DNA of 64,000 bases from Acanthaster planci (Eukaryota). Both the position numbers and the translations under genes were made by a program. Below the pieces are notes generated by a model. The model had not been told where the DNA came from and ran no database searches. It saw only the letters and a list, made by a program, of their open reading frames with translations. The stretch covers positions 1,494,374 through 1,558,373 of the forward strand of contig NW_019091361.1 of NCBI RefSeq assembly GCF_001949145.1, in the 5' to 3' direction. Position 1 is the stretch's first letter. Every line of letters starts with the position of its first letter. Of the stretch, positions 35,985 through 47,900 are shown one piece after another.

Positions 35985-38900
35985 TCAGAAGCCATACTTC
36001 ATCTGTGTGTCCTTCCTAGTCTGTCGGTTGTTTGCCCACTGGTTCTTGAGCTCCAGCTCTCTTTCCTTGGCCTGCAAAAACAAAGAGAGCAATGGCAAAA
36101 CGGTAAAACTTAATGTAGACTGACTTCGGTCACAGCCGTTTAACTGTCGCCATGCATGCAGCTGTTGTTTATGGTGCAGAAATTTACAATGCGCTGAGAA
36201 ATATCCACAGGGTAGACACTGATTACCAGCTGCAAAGCCACGTAATTTGCATTGCTTGTGACTGGTTCCCAGCTCATACTGTAGTGCATACATTTTCTGA
36301 GGTGTGGTATATACCTGCTTAAGAGCTGCAGAAAATTGGGCCCTCATTTTACCAACTGATGTGGGAGTGACGTGATGCTAACTTCACACAGGCAAAGTAA
36401 ACTATTCATTTGGACTTTTTTTTTACAGGCACACATTAAGTGAATAATGGAGAAAAAAGTGGTGTTAGCAACCCCCTTCTCTAATGTTACCCATGCATGT
36501 CTTCGCTCACTCAAATTTCCATGGCCGAGCAATGTAAAGATTTAGTCCCCTCCCCCAGGGATGTACACCACTGACTGATGTGTCATTAACTCCACCTACC
36601 TGATGAGCCAGGAAGGTGATCTGGTGTTTCCGTCTCTGCTGACCTGTTGGCAGTTGCTCCTTCCTCTGCATTGAGAAATTTAAAAGCAATTTAGCATCAG
36701 GCATCATCAACAATACAAGTAGAAGAGTATCTAGTCTACTGCCATGTCAGACAATATGCCTCTATTTGGTTGAAAAAAGAAAAGGAGTTAACCTCTCAAC
36801 TGGAAATCTGTGGCCTTCTCCACAATGTTCTCTACTAAATCAGACCACCAAATTAAAAACTTGTGAGGACAAACCCTGTGACTTTTTTGTTTTAAAATCT
36901 TGAAAAACAGTGTTGTATTCCAGTCTATCATAGTATAAGTCCCTTCACAAATCCAGTCACAAGTCCCTTCACAAATCCAGTCACAAGTCCCTTCACAAAT
37001 CCAGTCACAAGTCCCTTCACAAGGCCAGTCATAAGTAACAGGGTGAACGGTGACAAATGAAAGAATGCTTTTGTCACTATTCAGTTGAATAGCTTGTGAA
37101 ATGACTTTTGACAGACTTACAGGGACTTGTGATGGACTGCAACAAAACACTGTTTAAAATTCGGTTGATCTGTTTAAAACATTCATTCTCTTTCCATCTG
37201 TAGGATGTTTCTATCATTTAAGTGCAGTCAATTCGGGTACTCTTAAATTTGAAGGAATCCCTCCAAAACGTTTCTGTTTATTATACGCAAAAACTTTTGA
37301 AGATCTTGTAGCTCACTGAGCAACACTTTAAAATGTAATTACTTGATAATGTGACCCTGATGTCAATTATTTCCAAAGTGATACCAGGTTGGGAGTCAGT
37401 GTTACTTGAGACGTCAATAATGCTACTTTGTGACACTGTGCAGGTATTTGTTGGAAAAGTACATTTGCTAAATGAATTTATTAAATTAAGAGCCAAATAT
37501 TACTGCCTTTCAACTTTCCCCTTTTTGCCTGAGACAAGGTAATCTTCAGTCTTTTTGACGTACTAAAGTTACATAGCACATTTCTCACCAGTTTGGCCCT
37601 GTACTCCTTCTCTTCTGTCAGGTTTTTCTTCAACCAGTCCAAGTGGCTTGTGGGTCCTATCACATCATCTGCCGCAACGTTAACAACGTTGACAGACTCC
37701 CGGCCGACATTGCGCTTACCCATCAATCTCTGGAACTGCATCATGGAAAGTTGTTAAGAGTTATACAGTGCTTGAAATCTTACACTGCAAATTCTCAAAA
37801 ACAGTATTCTTGTGGGAAAGACTGTGTCCACTCCAAGTACCCAACCCAAGTTCACAATTCTTTAGTTTCTTTTGGGAGTTACATACACTGCAACGCCTGA
37901 GAAGAATCTCAGAAATTTCTTGCTTTCCTTACCAGAATTGAAAGTGGATGCCAAGTAAGATGTACAGAGAAGGCATGATCCCATTGAGCAGACAAAACCT
38001 TAACCTCTGCATGCTGTTGAACACTTTTGGTGTAGTTCTTGCTAAACTGACCCAAATCTTGTAACGCTGAGGACTGCAGTTAGGAAAGACTGTAGGAAAT
38101 GAAATCTACCTTACATGATGATGCAAATGACTAACTACTATATTTCGTTTCCTGGGAGTAAGGCACCAATAATAAACCATGTCTTCAACCTGTGCATACC
38201 TCTTTGTCTGTTGTCAAATCTGTGGATTCTCCGGCACCCTGCTGTCCTTCACTGGTGACACCTTGCATCTCACTGTACATCGATGGATCTTGTTCCTGAT
38301 AGGGTTGATTATACTCGGTGTAACCATAGCCATACGAAGGGGGGTACATCTGTGAGTCTGCATACTGGTGTGTTTGGTAAGCATACTGCGCTGATGAATC
38401 CACTGGCTTCGAAAATGCAAGGGGAGCGTCTTGACCCGAGGGAGCATCCGTTAGCTTAAAAGTGATAGGAGAGTCCTGTGACAATGACGGCCCAAAATTA
38501 GTACTACTAAGTTTAGCGGTGCTGTCTGGATTGGTTGGTGTCAAACTGGTTGGTGCTAGTTTAGATTGAGAAGGTCCCACGGCAGCGCTTATTGGCTGAG
38601 GCTTTGCCTTACTCAAATCCGGCATCTCGGATTTTGTGACTGTTGTTTTTGGCCGGACGGGCTCCGCTTGAGAAGTGTCCCCAAAAGAAAAGAAAGATGA
38701 GGTGCTTGCTTCATCCTCGTCATCCCCATCGCTGCCATAACTTGTCGCCAGCCCACTCAGTTTAGACCTGGCAGGTGCAGGTTGGGAGGACGGCACCTTG
38801 TTAGCGGTTGGGTTTGCGGCTGGCTTGCTTGGTGCCGGCTTCTTGGTCAGCGTGTGGGGGAGAAGAATGCGGTTGGTTTCCCTGAGGGAGGCATTCCGCG

Positions 38901-41900
38901 GTTTGGGGAGCATGGCAAAGAGCCCTGAAAGACCCTGCAGAGGTTGAAAGGACAAACAAGGTGAGGTTGATGAACACATCTTATTTCATAACCATTTCAG
39001 AATTTTTCGGGTCTCTCCTTAAAATTCTCAAAAGAAAAGAATTTAATTGGAGGAAAAAATTTCAGGAATCTTAGTCAAAATGCATCATTAAGGACTCCAT
39101 TATGAAGGTTTCTGAAGACAAACTTCTTCCTTTTCAAAAATCATTTAAAGTGTTCAAGTAACAGCTTTATTAATTGGTTATCCCCCATATCATTTATTTT
39201 TGCACCATCTCTGACCCTACATTTTACCGTATGTGGGGAAGGGGGGTGCCAACCGAGACGCTTCTTCAGTAACTAGCCTTTTGCGAGTTAAATTTGAATA
39301 AAATCTGGTGCACTGAAATATCTAATAGCACATAAACAAAACAACTTGAATTCCCCCAGACTGAAGACACTGTTGCTATATCTTGTGATTTGGGGCAAGC
39401 TTTTGGACAGTGACCACCATCTCTGGAATAGACTGGTTCATTTGTGCTTTTCTTATCCATTGAAAACAATGTACTGGTGAAAGGTGTCTCTAATGTAACA
39501 GCGCCAGAGCTTGCCCGAATCATGAGGTACAGCAACAGTGTTTTTAGTCTGGGGAATTCAAATTGTTATGTTCATATGAATTTATAGAACTCAGTGTACC
39601 ATGTTTTATTCAGCTTCAACTCACAAAAAGGCTTATTTGGCGTCACACCTACATGTACACACTACACATCATGTATACACGACAAATTAACATAACAATG
39701 TACATGTACATAAATGTTAAATGTAAGGAGTGTGTGGAGCATGGCAAGCTACTTAATGGCACCAACGGTGTTACAGGGTGTGTCAGTCTCTCTCTCCATC
39801 ACTGCTAAAGAAGGGCATGAGTTCACTGATTCCACACAGCCAACACAGTTGGAAAAACAACATCAGAAACAAGATCACTTTGGAGTCCTCAAGCGATGTG
39901 CAATGAAACAGACTGGAGATTTTATTACCAAAATATTTACAAGCTTGTTTTTAAAACTCAGCTTCTTCTAACACACTAGACACGAATCATATTACTAATG
40001 TAACAATTGTACTCTATGGGTACACTTTTGCAAAAATTACACAGAATGGTTCCATTTTTAGCATGTACTTTTAAACCACAAAAAACTTTCACAAGCTAAA
40101 TGTATGCACGCAAATGTTATATCATTATCACCACAGTAGACTATAAATGTATACAATGTATATTATAAATGGATGCACTCATACATTATACCAGTATAGG
40201 CCTTGAAATTTATGATAGCATGGAATTACTTCTGAAACTAGAGTTTAATGCGAGTTAAATTTGAATAAAATCTGGTACACTGAGTTTTTTATATCCAAGT
40301 GAACATCACAATTTCAATTCCCCAGACTAAAGACACTGTAGCTATACCGGTACCTTGTGATTCAGGGCAAGCTTTTGCTTAGTTACGTAAAAGATGCCTT
40401 GTACCAATGTACTGTTTTCACTGGGTAAGAATGGTACACTGGAACCAGTCCATTCCAGAGATGGTGGTTACTGTGCAATAGCTTGCCCGGAATCATGAGG
40501 TATAACAACAGTGTCTTTAGTCTGGGGAATTTGAATTGTTCTATTTATGTACAATCACATAACTCAGTGAACCAGATTTTACTCAAATTTAACTCACAAA
40601 AGGCTTATTGTAGGAAGATTGCATTTTTATGAGCAAGGTGGCCAACTTTAAATTAGAATTTATTTGACAAGGCAATTTTAAATAATTGATTTTTATTGTT
40701 ATGAATAATTGACTTTTATTGAGAGTAACAACAAAATCCATGTAACCTGAAGACATCACACTGCATCTCATGAGCACAAGCCAAAGCATAGGCTCTGCAT
40801 AATTAACTAAACAAACAAACAAACAGACAGACAAACAAACAAACAAACAAACAACCCAACACCCCAACAAACAAACAGACAAACAAACAAACCAACCAAC
40901 CAAACCAACCAACCAACCAACCAACCAACCAACCAACAAACAAACAAACCCCCAACACCCCAACAAACAAACAAAAGAGACATGTGGACAAGCATGTACA
41001 CGTAACAGTGCTGTGAGCACTAGGGCATGAATACATGTACACATATACTGTATGCTACATGTAAATCCTAGGCTGCAAAACAGTTGTTATACCATTCATG
41101 GATTTATTTTACAGGTTTAACTGTACAAGTACATGTAGACAGACCACATTTTAAGTTGAAGAGTAGCATCCCTGGAGTTCAAATTTCAATTTAGTTTCTT
41201 GCTGACATCTTACAATCAATATTGAGCAAAGTGCAAGTGCATGTAGCTTTGGAAATCGGGAACTCACATGAGCAACAAACTGCAATGTCTTCCTTTTTGA
41301 AAAGAAAAGCAATACTTTACTTGAATGTCCTGTGAACTTTCCTGTATTTTGCAGAGTGATGTTCAACAAGCAAACTTTGCAGGAACTTGCTTCCAACACT
41401 ATAGAGGGTTTGCATGGCTGTCATCTTGAAGGCCAGTGCGTTGGTTCCACAGGATATGCACAAAGGGAGGCTTTCCAGTGGAACAAAACAACTGCCCCAC
41501 GAAGTGTCTTTCAAAGTCCAAAAGAGATGATTTGTAATAAACCTCTTCGGTATTCCAAAAAGCAAAGATCATTTGAGGACAAAGCACGCATATTAGTCAG
41601 CGTATGGCCGCTCTGAAAGGACACTGACTGATCTTGCTGCGCTTCATTTAGGACATGCTTGGAACACTAAACTTGCTCATTCTACACTTTGGGCCTCTCA
41701 TGCCTGCAACGCTTACAATGTCTCAAGCAGGTGAAATGCAATAATTCCTGAGTCAGCTCCACATACATAAACTGTACATGTACCTTGTAGAAGACATGAC
41801 TGTATATTACATATATATTACATGCTCTACAGCTATGGTACCGGTACGTACACGTACAGTATGTGTCCCATGAAAGCAATTGTAGGACAAAGCAAAACAA

Positions 41901-44900
41901 ACACATTCATCGCAGTTGACAGATGTGTAATACAGTAGTTAAAGGGCACGTACATGTATACATACTTTTACAACATGTTCATGTATTTCAACTCAGCTAC
42001 ACGCACCTGTACGACATGGTACATGTACATCTACATGTGCGGTATGTCACCTATAAATGCAAGTGTCAGATCTCCTATCCACAATATAACCTAATGCAAT
42101 TACACAGGTACAAATTGGATAAATACATGCACAGGTGCAATAAATACGCTAAAAAGGAAATTCCCATTTTGCTTATTAAAAGATTGAGATTAGTTACAGG
42201 ATCAAAATACATCGGTAAAATTGTGGAATTAAGAAAACTATTAATCCAATTATTGTGAACCTTCACCCATTATCTACACAACTTTAACATCAGGAACTTT
42301 TCAAATCGACTTTATAGATGTATCACAACAACCCTTCAAATGTGCACAAACAGATACGTATAATGTCGGCCTGGAAGTTACGATTAACTGAGGTAAATTT
42401 TTCAGGCGAAAGAGCAAAGTGATCTTTTAGCACTGTAACACAAATAAGACATTTAAACGTTGTTTATAAAAAAAAACTCTGCTCAATAAGGTAAAACATT
42501 ACAGGTACACATTGTTTGGTGTTTCACCTTGTGATACATGTAACAACAATGTATATTGAAATAGCATTCACCAGATGCCTTTTTTTTGGAGATGGATATT
42601 GTATTCACGGCAACAACATCGTGACATGTACATGTACAGGTATCAGCGTGCATGTTCTTACATGTACATGTATGGGGCAAGCACACAGTTTGGGGTTTAT
42701 GGTTGGCATAAATCAACAAAAGGGCACTTGTTATCATGGGGGCACATGCACAGTGTACATGTACAGTGTACTTGTGTTTGATTGCATGCTTACTACATGT
42801 AGGTGCACTCCAAAATGAGCTTGTGATTGATAAGCATCTGTATGATATTACTTGGCGGTGACTTGACATTACACCTGACTTTACCTGAACTGGCTGCAGC
42901 CTTGGGTGAAATTTCAAGCTGTTGCCAAGCAACAGACCTGGCCAATCATCTGATAATGCACAAACTCAGAGGGGTGAGTGATGCCACCCATGCTGCTGTC
43001 ACTGTGTCCTAAGACTTAAAAGACACAAAGTACCACTTGCCCCGACAGCAAACGGACACCTGTGATGTCAGAAATGATGTTGTTTGAATGAGCTGTTTCC
43101 ATCAAACGTGGAAGGGAACTGAGATGATCTTTGGAGCAGTTTTGAGTCTACCCGTAGTATTTAGATTAACAACGATATGTACTTTAGAAAGTCTGCATTT
43201 TGGACAACTAACACAGCTGAAAGAACCCTAAACTTACAGTATGAAGTGTCTGAACGTAGAAACCATTAACTATTTAATCCTGAAATGCATTTACAGAGGT
43301 TCCTTATGTACAAAAATAAAATTGTTAAAATGTCAAAAATAAAATAAATATTACATTTTTCAGTTTTCATCCTCAGGAGATGAGTGGCTTATATCCTCTG
43401 CTAAGACTTCATATTCACCAGGGGTTTCATCTTCTGCTTTGATATTGGGGTAAACCAAAGTAGCTGACGATGTTGGGTAACTCATGTCTGGATTGACTGA
43501 CAACCTGTCTATAGCCTTTACACAATAGGACCATAAGTGTTTCTGCTCCGTAAGAGGTGCAGGGCAGATCCTGAAGGTCCCCTCTCGCAGGGCATCCAAT
43601 CGGATTGAGTCCAGCTGCCGTGTGCCAGGCCGCCCCAGGCAGGAGGCCCCCTCCCGCTCGGCTGGGGTGAAGAGGATGTTGGCAAGCTGGCAGGCTACAT
43701 TCAGTCTGCTGTTGGAGAGGTAAGTGAAGCGGACTAAGACAGGCTCCTTGATTTCCACTTTGCACACCTTACCGTTGGCATCTCTCTGGGTTATGTCGAG
43801 CACGGACTGCAGCCGGACTGGCAGGTTGTCATAGTTGATGCCTTCGTGGCTGGGATCTACCTCCATTGTCGCAACAGCAAAGAGTGGTTGCTCGGCCGGC
43901 TCTTGATGGTTTGTGGGTAGCCACTTCCCGTGACGCGGCATTTTGCCTTTGTTCTTGCGGACACGGACGATATGCCTAGAGGCGGCGTCAATCGACTTGA
44001 CGCATTCGTGCCAGAGGTGCTTTTTCTGCTCCTCTGGGCAGGGGCACAGTTTGAAAACGGCGTCCGTCAACGCCTGCATGCGGATGGGATCCAGTGCGGC
44101 CGGCTTCCGCCAGCCACTGCAGTTACAGTAGCAACGCTCATCGTCCGTGAACAGTACATCAGCCAGACGGCGCGATATGGAGTTCCGATCCTTGATATAA
44201 GGTGCGAGAGAATTCAAGATTTCTTGCTTCACCTCGAGTTTGGTTGCTTTGCCGTGTTTGTCTCTCTCAACAACGTTCAAGATATATTGTATTTTAGAGG
44301 GAAGGCTATGAAAGTCAGCAGCTGAATAGATCTCTAATGGAAACTGAAAGTGGTCTGTCTGCAGCATACATGTATCTTCTACCGAGAGATGCGAGGAGTC
44401 ACCGCCCTGGTTGAAGTGAATGTTTGACTTGTGGGCTGCATGTTGGTCATAATCGATCTTGAACAGTTTTGAGGTACCTCTGTAACGCATCAGAGACTGA
44501 TATGCATACTTATCATTGTTCTCAGCGGGTAAGGTTATCTTTGATGAAAGCAGCAGTGGACCCTTTGTCTGGCTTGAACACGCATTCACAGAAGACGGAG
44601 TTAACCTCCTTGAGTCCGAGGGGCTACTACAGAGGCTTGCAAAAGCTGGAGCAACATTGGTGGTTATCGGTGGATCTGCTAATTTGGGTGGACATTTGTG
44701 CTCAGCTGCTGAGGATATTTTCACTGGTATCAGTGGATCTGTCATTAGTTGTGGATACACGATTCTCGGCTTTGTGGATGACTGAAATGGACTTGACTGC
44801 TCATGGTGGACAGCCTGCATGAAAGCATTCTGCATTTCTTGGCCTACTTGTAACGCTGATGAAGAAGGAACAGAGGAAGAACCTCCTGAAGGGCTGGTGT

Positions 44901-47900
44901 TGAGAAAAGTGTGTCCATCCTGTGGTGATGGACTTTGGGAAGCCAATGAAGTTGGCGCTGGGAAGGGATCTAGCACTGGCGGCAATGTAGAGCCTTGGGC
45001 TAGTTCCTTCGTGATTAGATGCTCCAAAATCTTCTTGACTTTCTGTTCCAGCAGGTCAATCTTCTTGAGGCAAGCACCACAACAGTTCTTGTGGGTCACC
45101 TGAGGACTGTGGTCAGAGTCGGCCGGAGGTGATGGCGGGTGGGTGTTTGGGACCCAGCCTGGCTGGGCCAGAGGTTGGGAAATACCGACAGCAGAGCCCA
45201 GTGGGAATGGCTGCAGTCCAGCAATGCCCCCGGGATTTATCGCCGGGAAGGGAAAAGGACTCAGTAAGCTTTTGGTCAGGTCATGGTTTGCTGCACTAAC
45301 ATTCACCGCCGAAGCAAAGGGAAGACTCTGGGAGCCCAGTAGGCCTGCATTCCTTGGCAGGTCAAGGCCTGGGGCCTGCATCAACGAGGCAAGGCCTGGA
45401 TGCAGTGCAGCGTTGAGCACAGGGCTTCCCTGGAAGCCCAGGGCAGGAGGAAATACCTGAGCCAGGCCCTGGAGCTGTGTGGCGTTCGACGTCGTATGAC
45501 CAGCAGGACCTGCTTTTGGAAACGAGGGAGTACTGTTCGTCTGATGCAATCCAAAGCCTCCTCCTGACAGCAGCACCATCTGGTGGCGCTGCAGTTCCAG
45601 CTTCTGGTGCAGCTGCTCCATGGCGCTGCGGCTAAGCTCCAGAAGCTCCTCCATGGTGTGTTCGCCTCTCTCCTTGGCAGTGCATTTCTTCTTCCTGAGG
45701 AGGTTGCGGTCTGGACCTGGTGAGCTGCTGTTTCTTGAGTCCTGCGCAACACAAACACAAAACAATGACATTGTGCCGATGTTGACATTAACAACAGACA
45801 ACTCACTGAGTTGTCAATATTTATAGAAAGGTAGAAAGTAAGACTTTTAAGCTTGGATTCGTTACCCTTGCACCATAAGATATCTGTACAGAATCTGTAC
45901 AAAATCATGATTCCTTTAGGCTAGGTTCAGTTTTATGATTACTCGTTGTTAGCACTACCTAGAGAGTAAATTCCAAATAAAACCATTCCACAGTTCAAAG
46001 GAGTATTTACCTCTAATACATATGAATTGCTTACAAATTTATGTCCTCGCACACACAAAAATAAAACAAACAATCTAAAGCTCACAGTCTCAAAACTTAG
46101 CGACACAGAAATCACAAACTCAAATTGTCAAATAATTTACAACAGTAAATTAAAACTGCTATTGACACAAAGCACAAACCCATCGGGACTTACCATGCGA
46201 CCTCCACCTGCGAGATGGTTATTACCACCAATGTTGTGGGAAGCAACGCTGTTAATGGCCGGTGAGCCCAAAGAATGGCGACCGAGGTAGTGCTTAGTCT
46301 ACATGTAAGGAGAGAATGGTCCGGCTGTTAGCGTCACTGTCTGGTAGCCGGACCATTAGCCCAGGATTACAACAGGGGAGGAAGCAGGAGGGAGTAGGGT
46401 TTAGTGCCAGGCGGTATTGCCCACTGGCTATAACACTCGGTCAGTGTGGTCAGGACCACCACAAGACCAGCAAGACCAGACACAAGTCACTGGCTGAATG
46501 ATCACAAAGGAATGCTTTTGTTGCATTCGATTTGAATAGCGTGTGACTTGAATTCAGAGCGGAGGTCTGGTGTTGGTTTTGTGATGGTCTTAAGGGGTCC
46601 CAACTGCAACACTGGCCGTGGTTCAAATTTGCCAAGGAGGAATTCTCCTTCCCTGGTTGAAAGAATTACTTCAGTTTCTGCAGTCCTTTTAAGCTGCAGG
46701 AAGGCTATGACTGTGATCTGACATGTGTAACTCCATCCTCACCATGCCAAACCACGCCTCCACAGCTTCCTCCCTGAAGCCCTAGTCAGAAATATTGGCA
46801 CTGCCGGCTCTTTTTCTCCACAAGAACAAGAAGATACTTAGGAAATCTGTATTTCAGTTCAATGAAGTATTGACAGCCACTGGTTCAATCTGTTAAGGGC
46901 AAGTTGGCTTATCAAGAAAATTGGCTCTCCTGTATCGAGAGGCCAGTCATCATTCACGGACCCAATAAATAACAGGATTATGAATGGATTATCTGAGACT
47001 GCATTCTGAAATGGCCTCTCTTAGCCATCAAACAATTCCTGTCATTAGCAAGCTGTACATGTACAGTATACCACTGCAAAGAAATCTACTGCAAAGAAAT
47101 CTACTTTTGGAAAGGCCCGGATAAATATACGTACTTCTTTTTACGTACTGCTGTTAAGTAACCTTCAACATAGATCAGGCATATTAACACAAAACATTGT
47201 CCAAAGCATGTATACGACGTACGATGCCCAAAGCATGACGAATATATATGCTGAACACCTGTTGTGTCACTGCATCAAAGATTCTTTCTGATACTCATCA
47301 GAATGACAAGTCAAACAATATATCACTTCAGAAAACACTTGTGAGACATGTATGAAGGAAAACACAATAATCAGACATGACCTGCCCGTGATAGTAATTA
47401 ACCCTACCCCCAAGAGTGTACATGTACATGTATGTAAAATCGTATTGAAATTGGAGGATTTGGGACTGTTAGGGTTAACTAGCATAGCTAGTTATATACA
47501 GCTTATTCTGACATGCTACCTGAATTGGAGTCTCAACTGTAAGGTGTAAGGAAATGAAGCAGGGTTCGAACCTCCAATTCAAGAGATGGATTCCCCCCTC
47601 CCCGTTTTGTCTCCGCAGTCTCCCGATTTGTCAGTGTGTGTTTGTTCCAGGTGTGCTGGGTATCAGCAAGTTGTAATGCAGCCAACGTATGGCTCCTGGC
47701 TGTTACAGAGCTACACGTAATGCAGTGTTCCAGAGAGCACACATGTCGGTTTGAATCCAGCTTCAGTCACTTTTCTTTTCGCAGTTGAAAATTTGACTGA
47801 ACTGAAGGTAACAAATTGCAACTGTGGTTAATTTGATGAGGTGGAAGTAACCGCTAAGGCTTTTAAGTCGCTTGCTAGAGCACTGGAATCTCTAGCAAAA

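Noticed and set aside
36936..37031. 24-bp repeats resembling a CRISPR array or a WICEGTCD peptide repeat
   Set aside because: Contiguous tandem units with no spacers, inside a MITE in a eukaryotic intron.
40589..41044. Hydrophobic 'membrane protein' ORFs (LVGWLVGW..)
   Set aside because: Translation of the AAAC/AACC microsatellite.
45742..45801. N-terminal extension of the 813-aa BEN ORF (MSVVNVNIGTMSLFCVCVAQ)
   Set aside because: Reads as a polypyrimidine/GT tract ending in CAG, i.e. intron sequence before the acceptor, and the ORF start is non-ATG.
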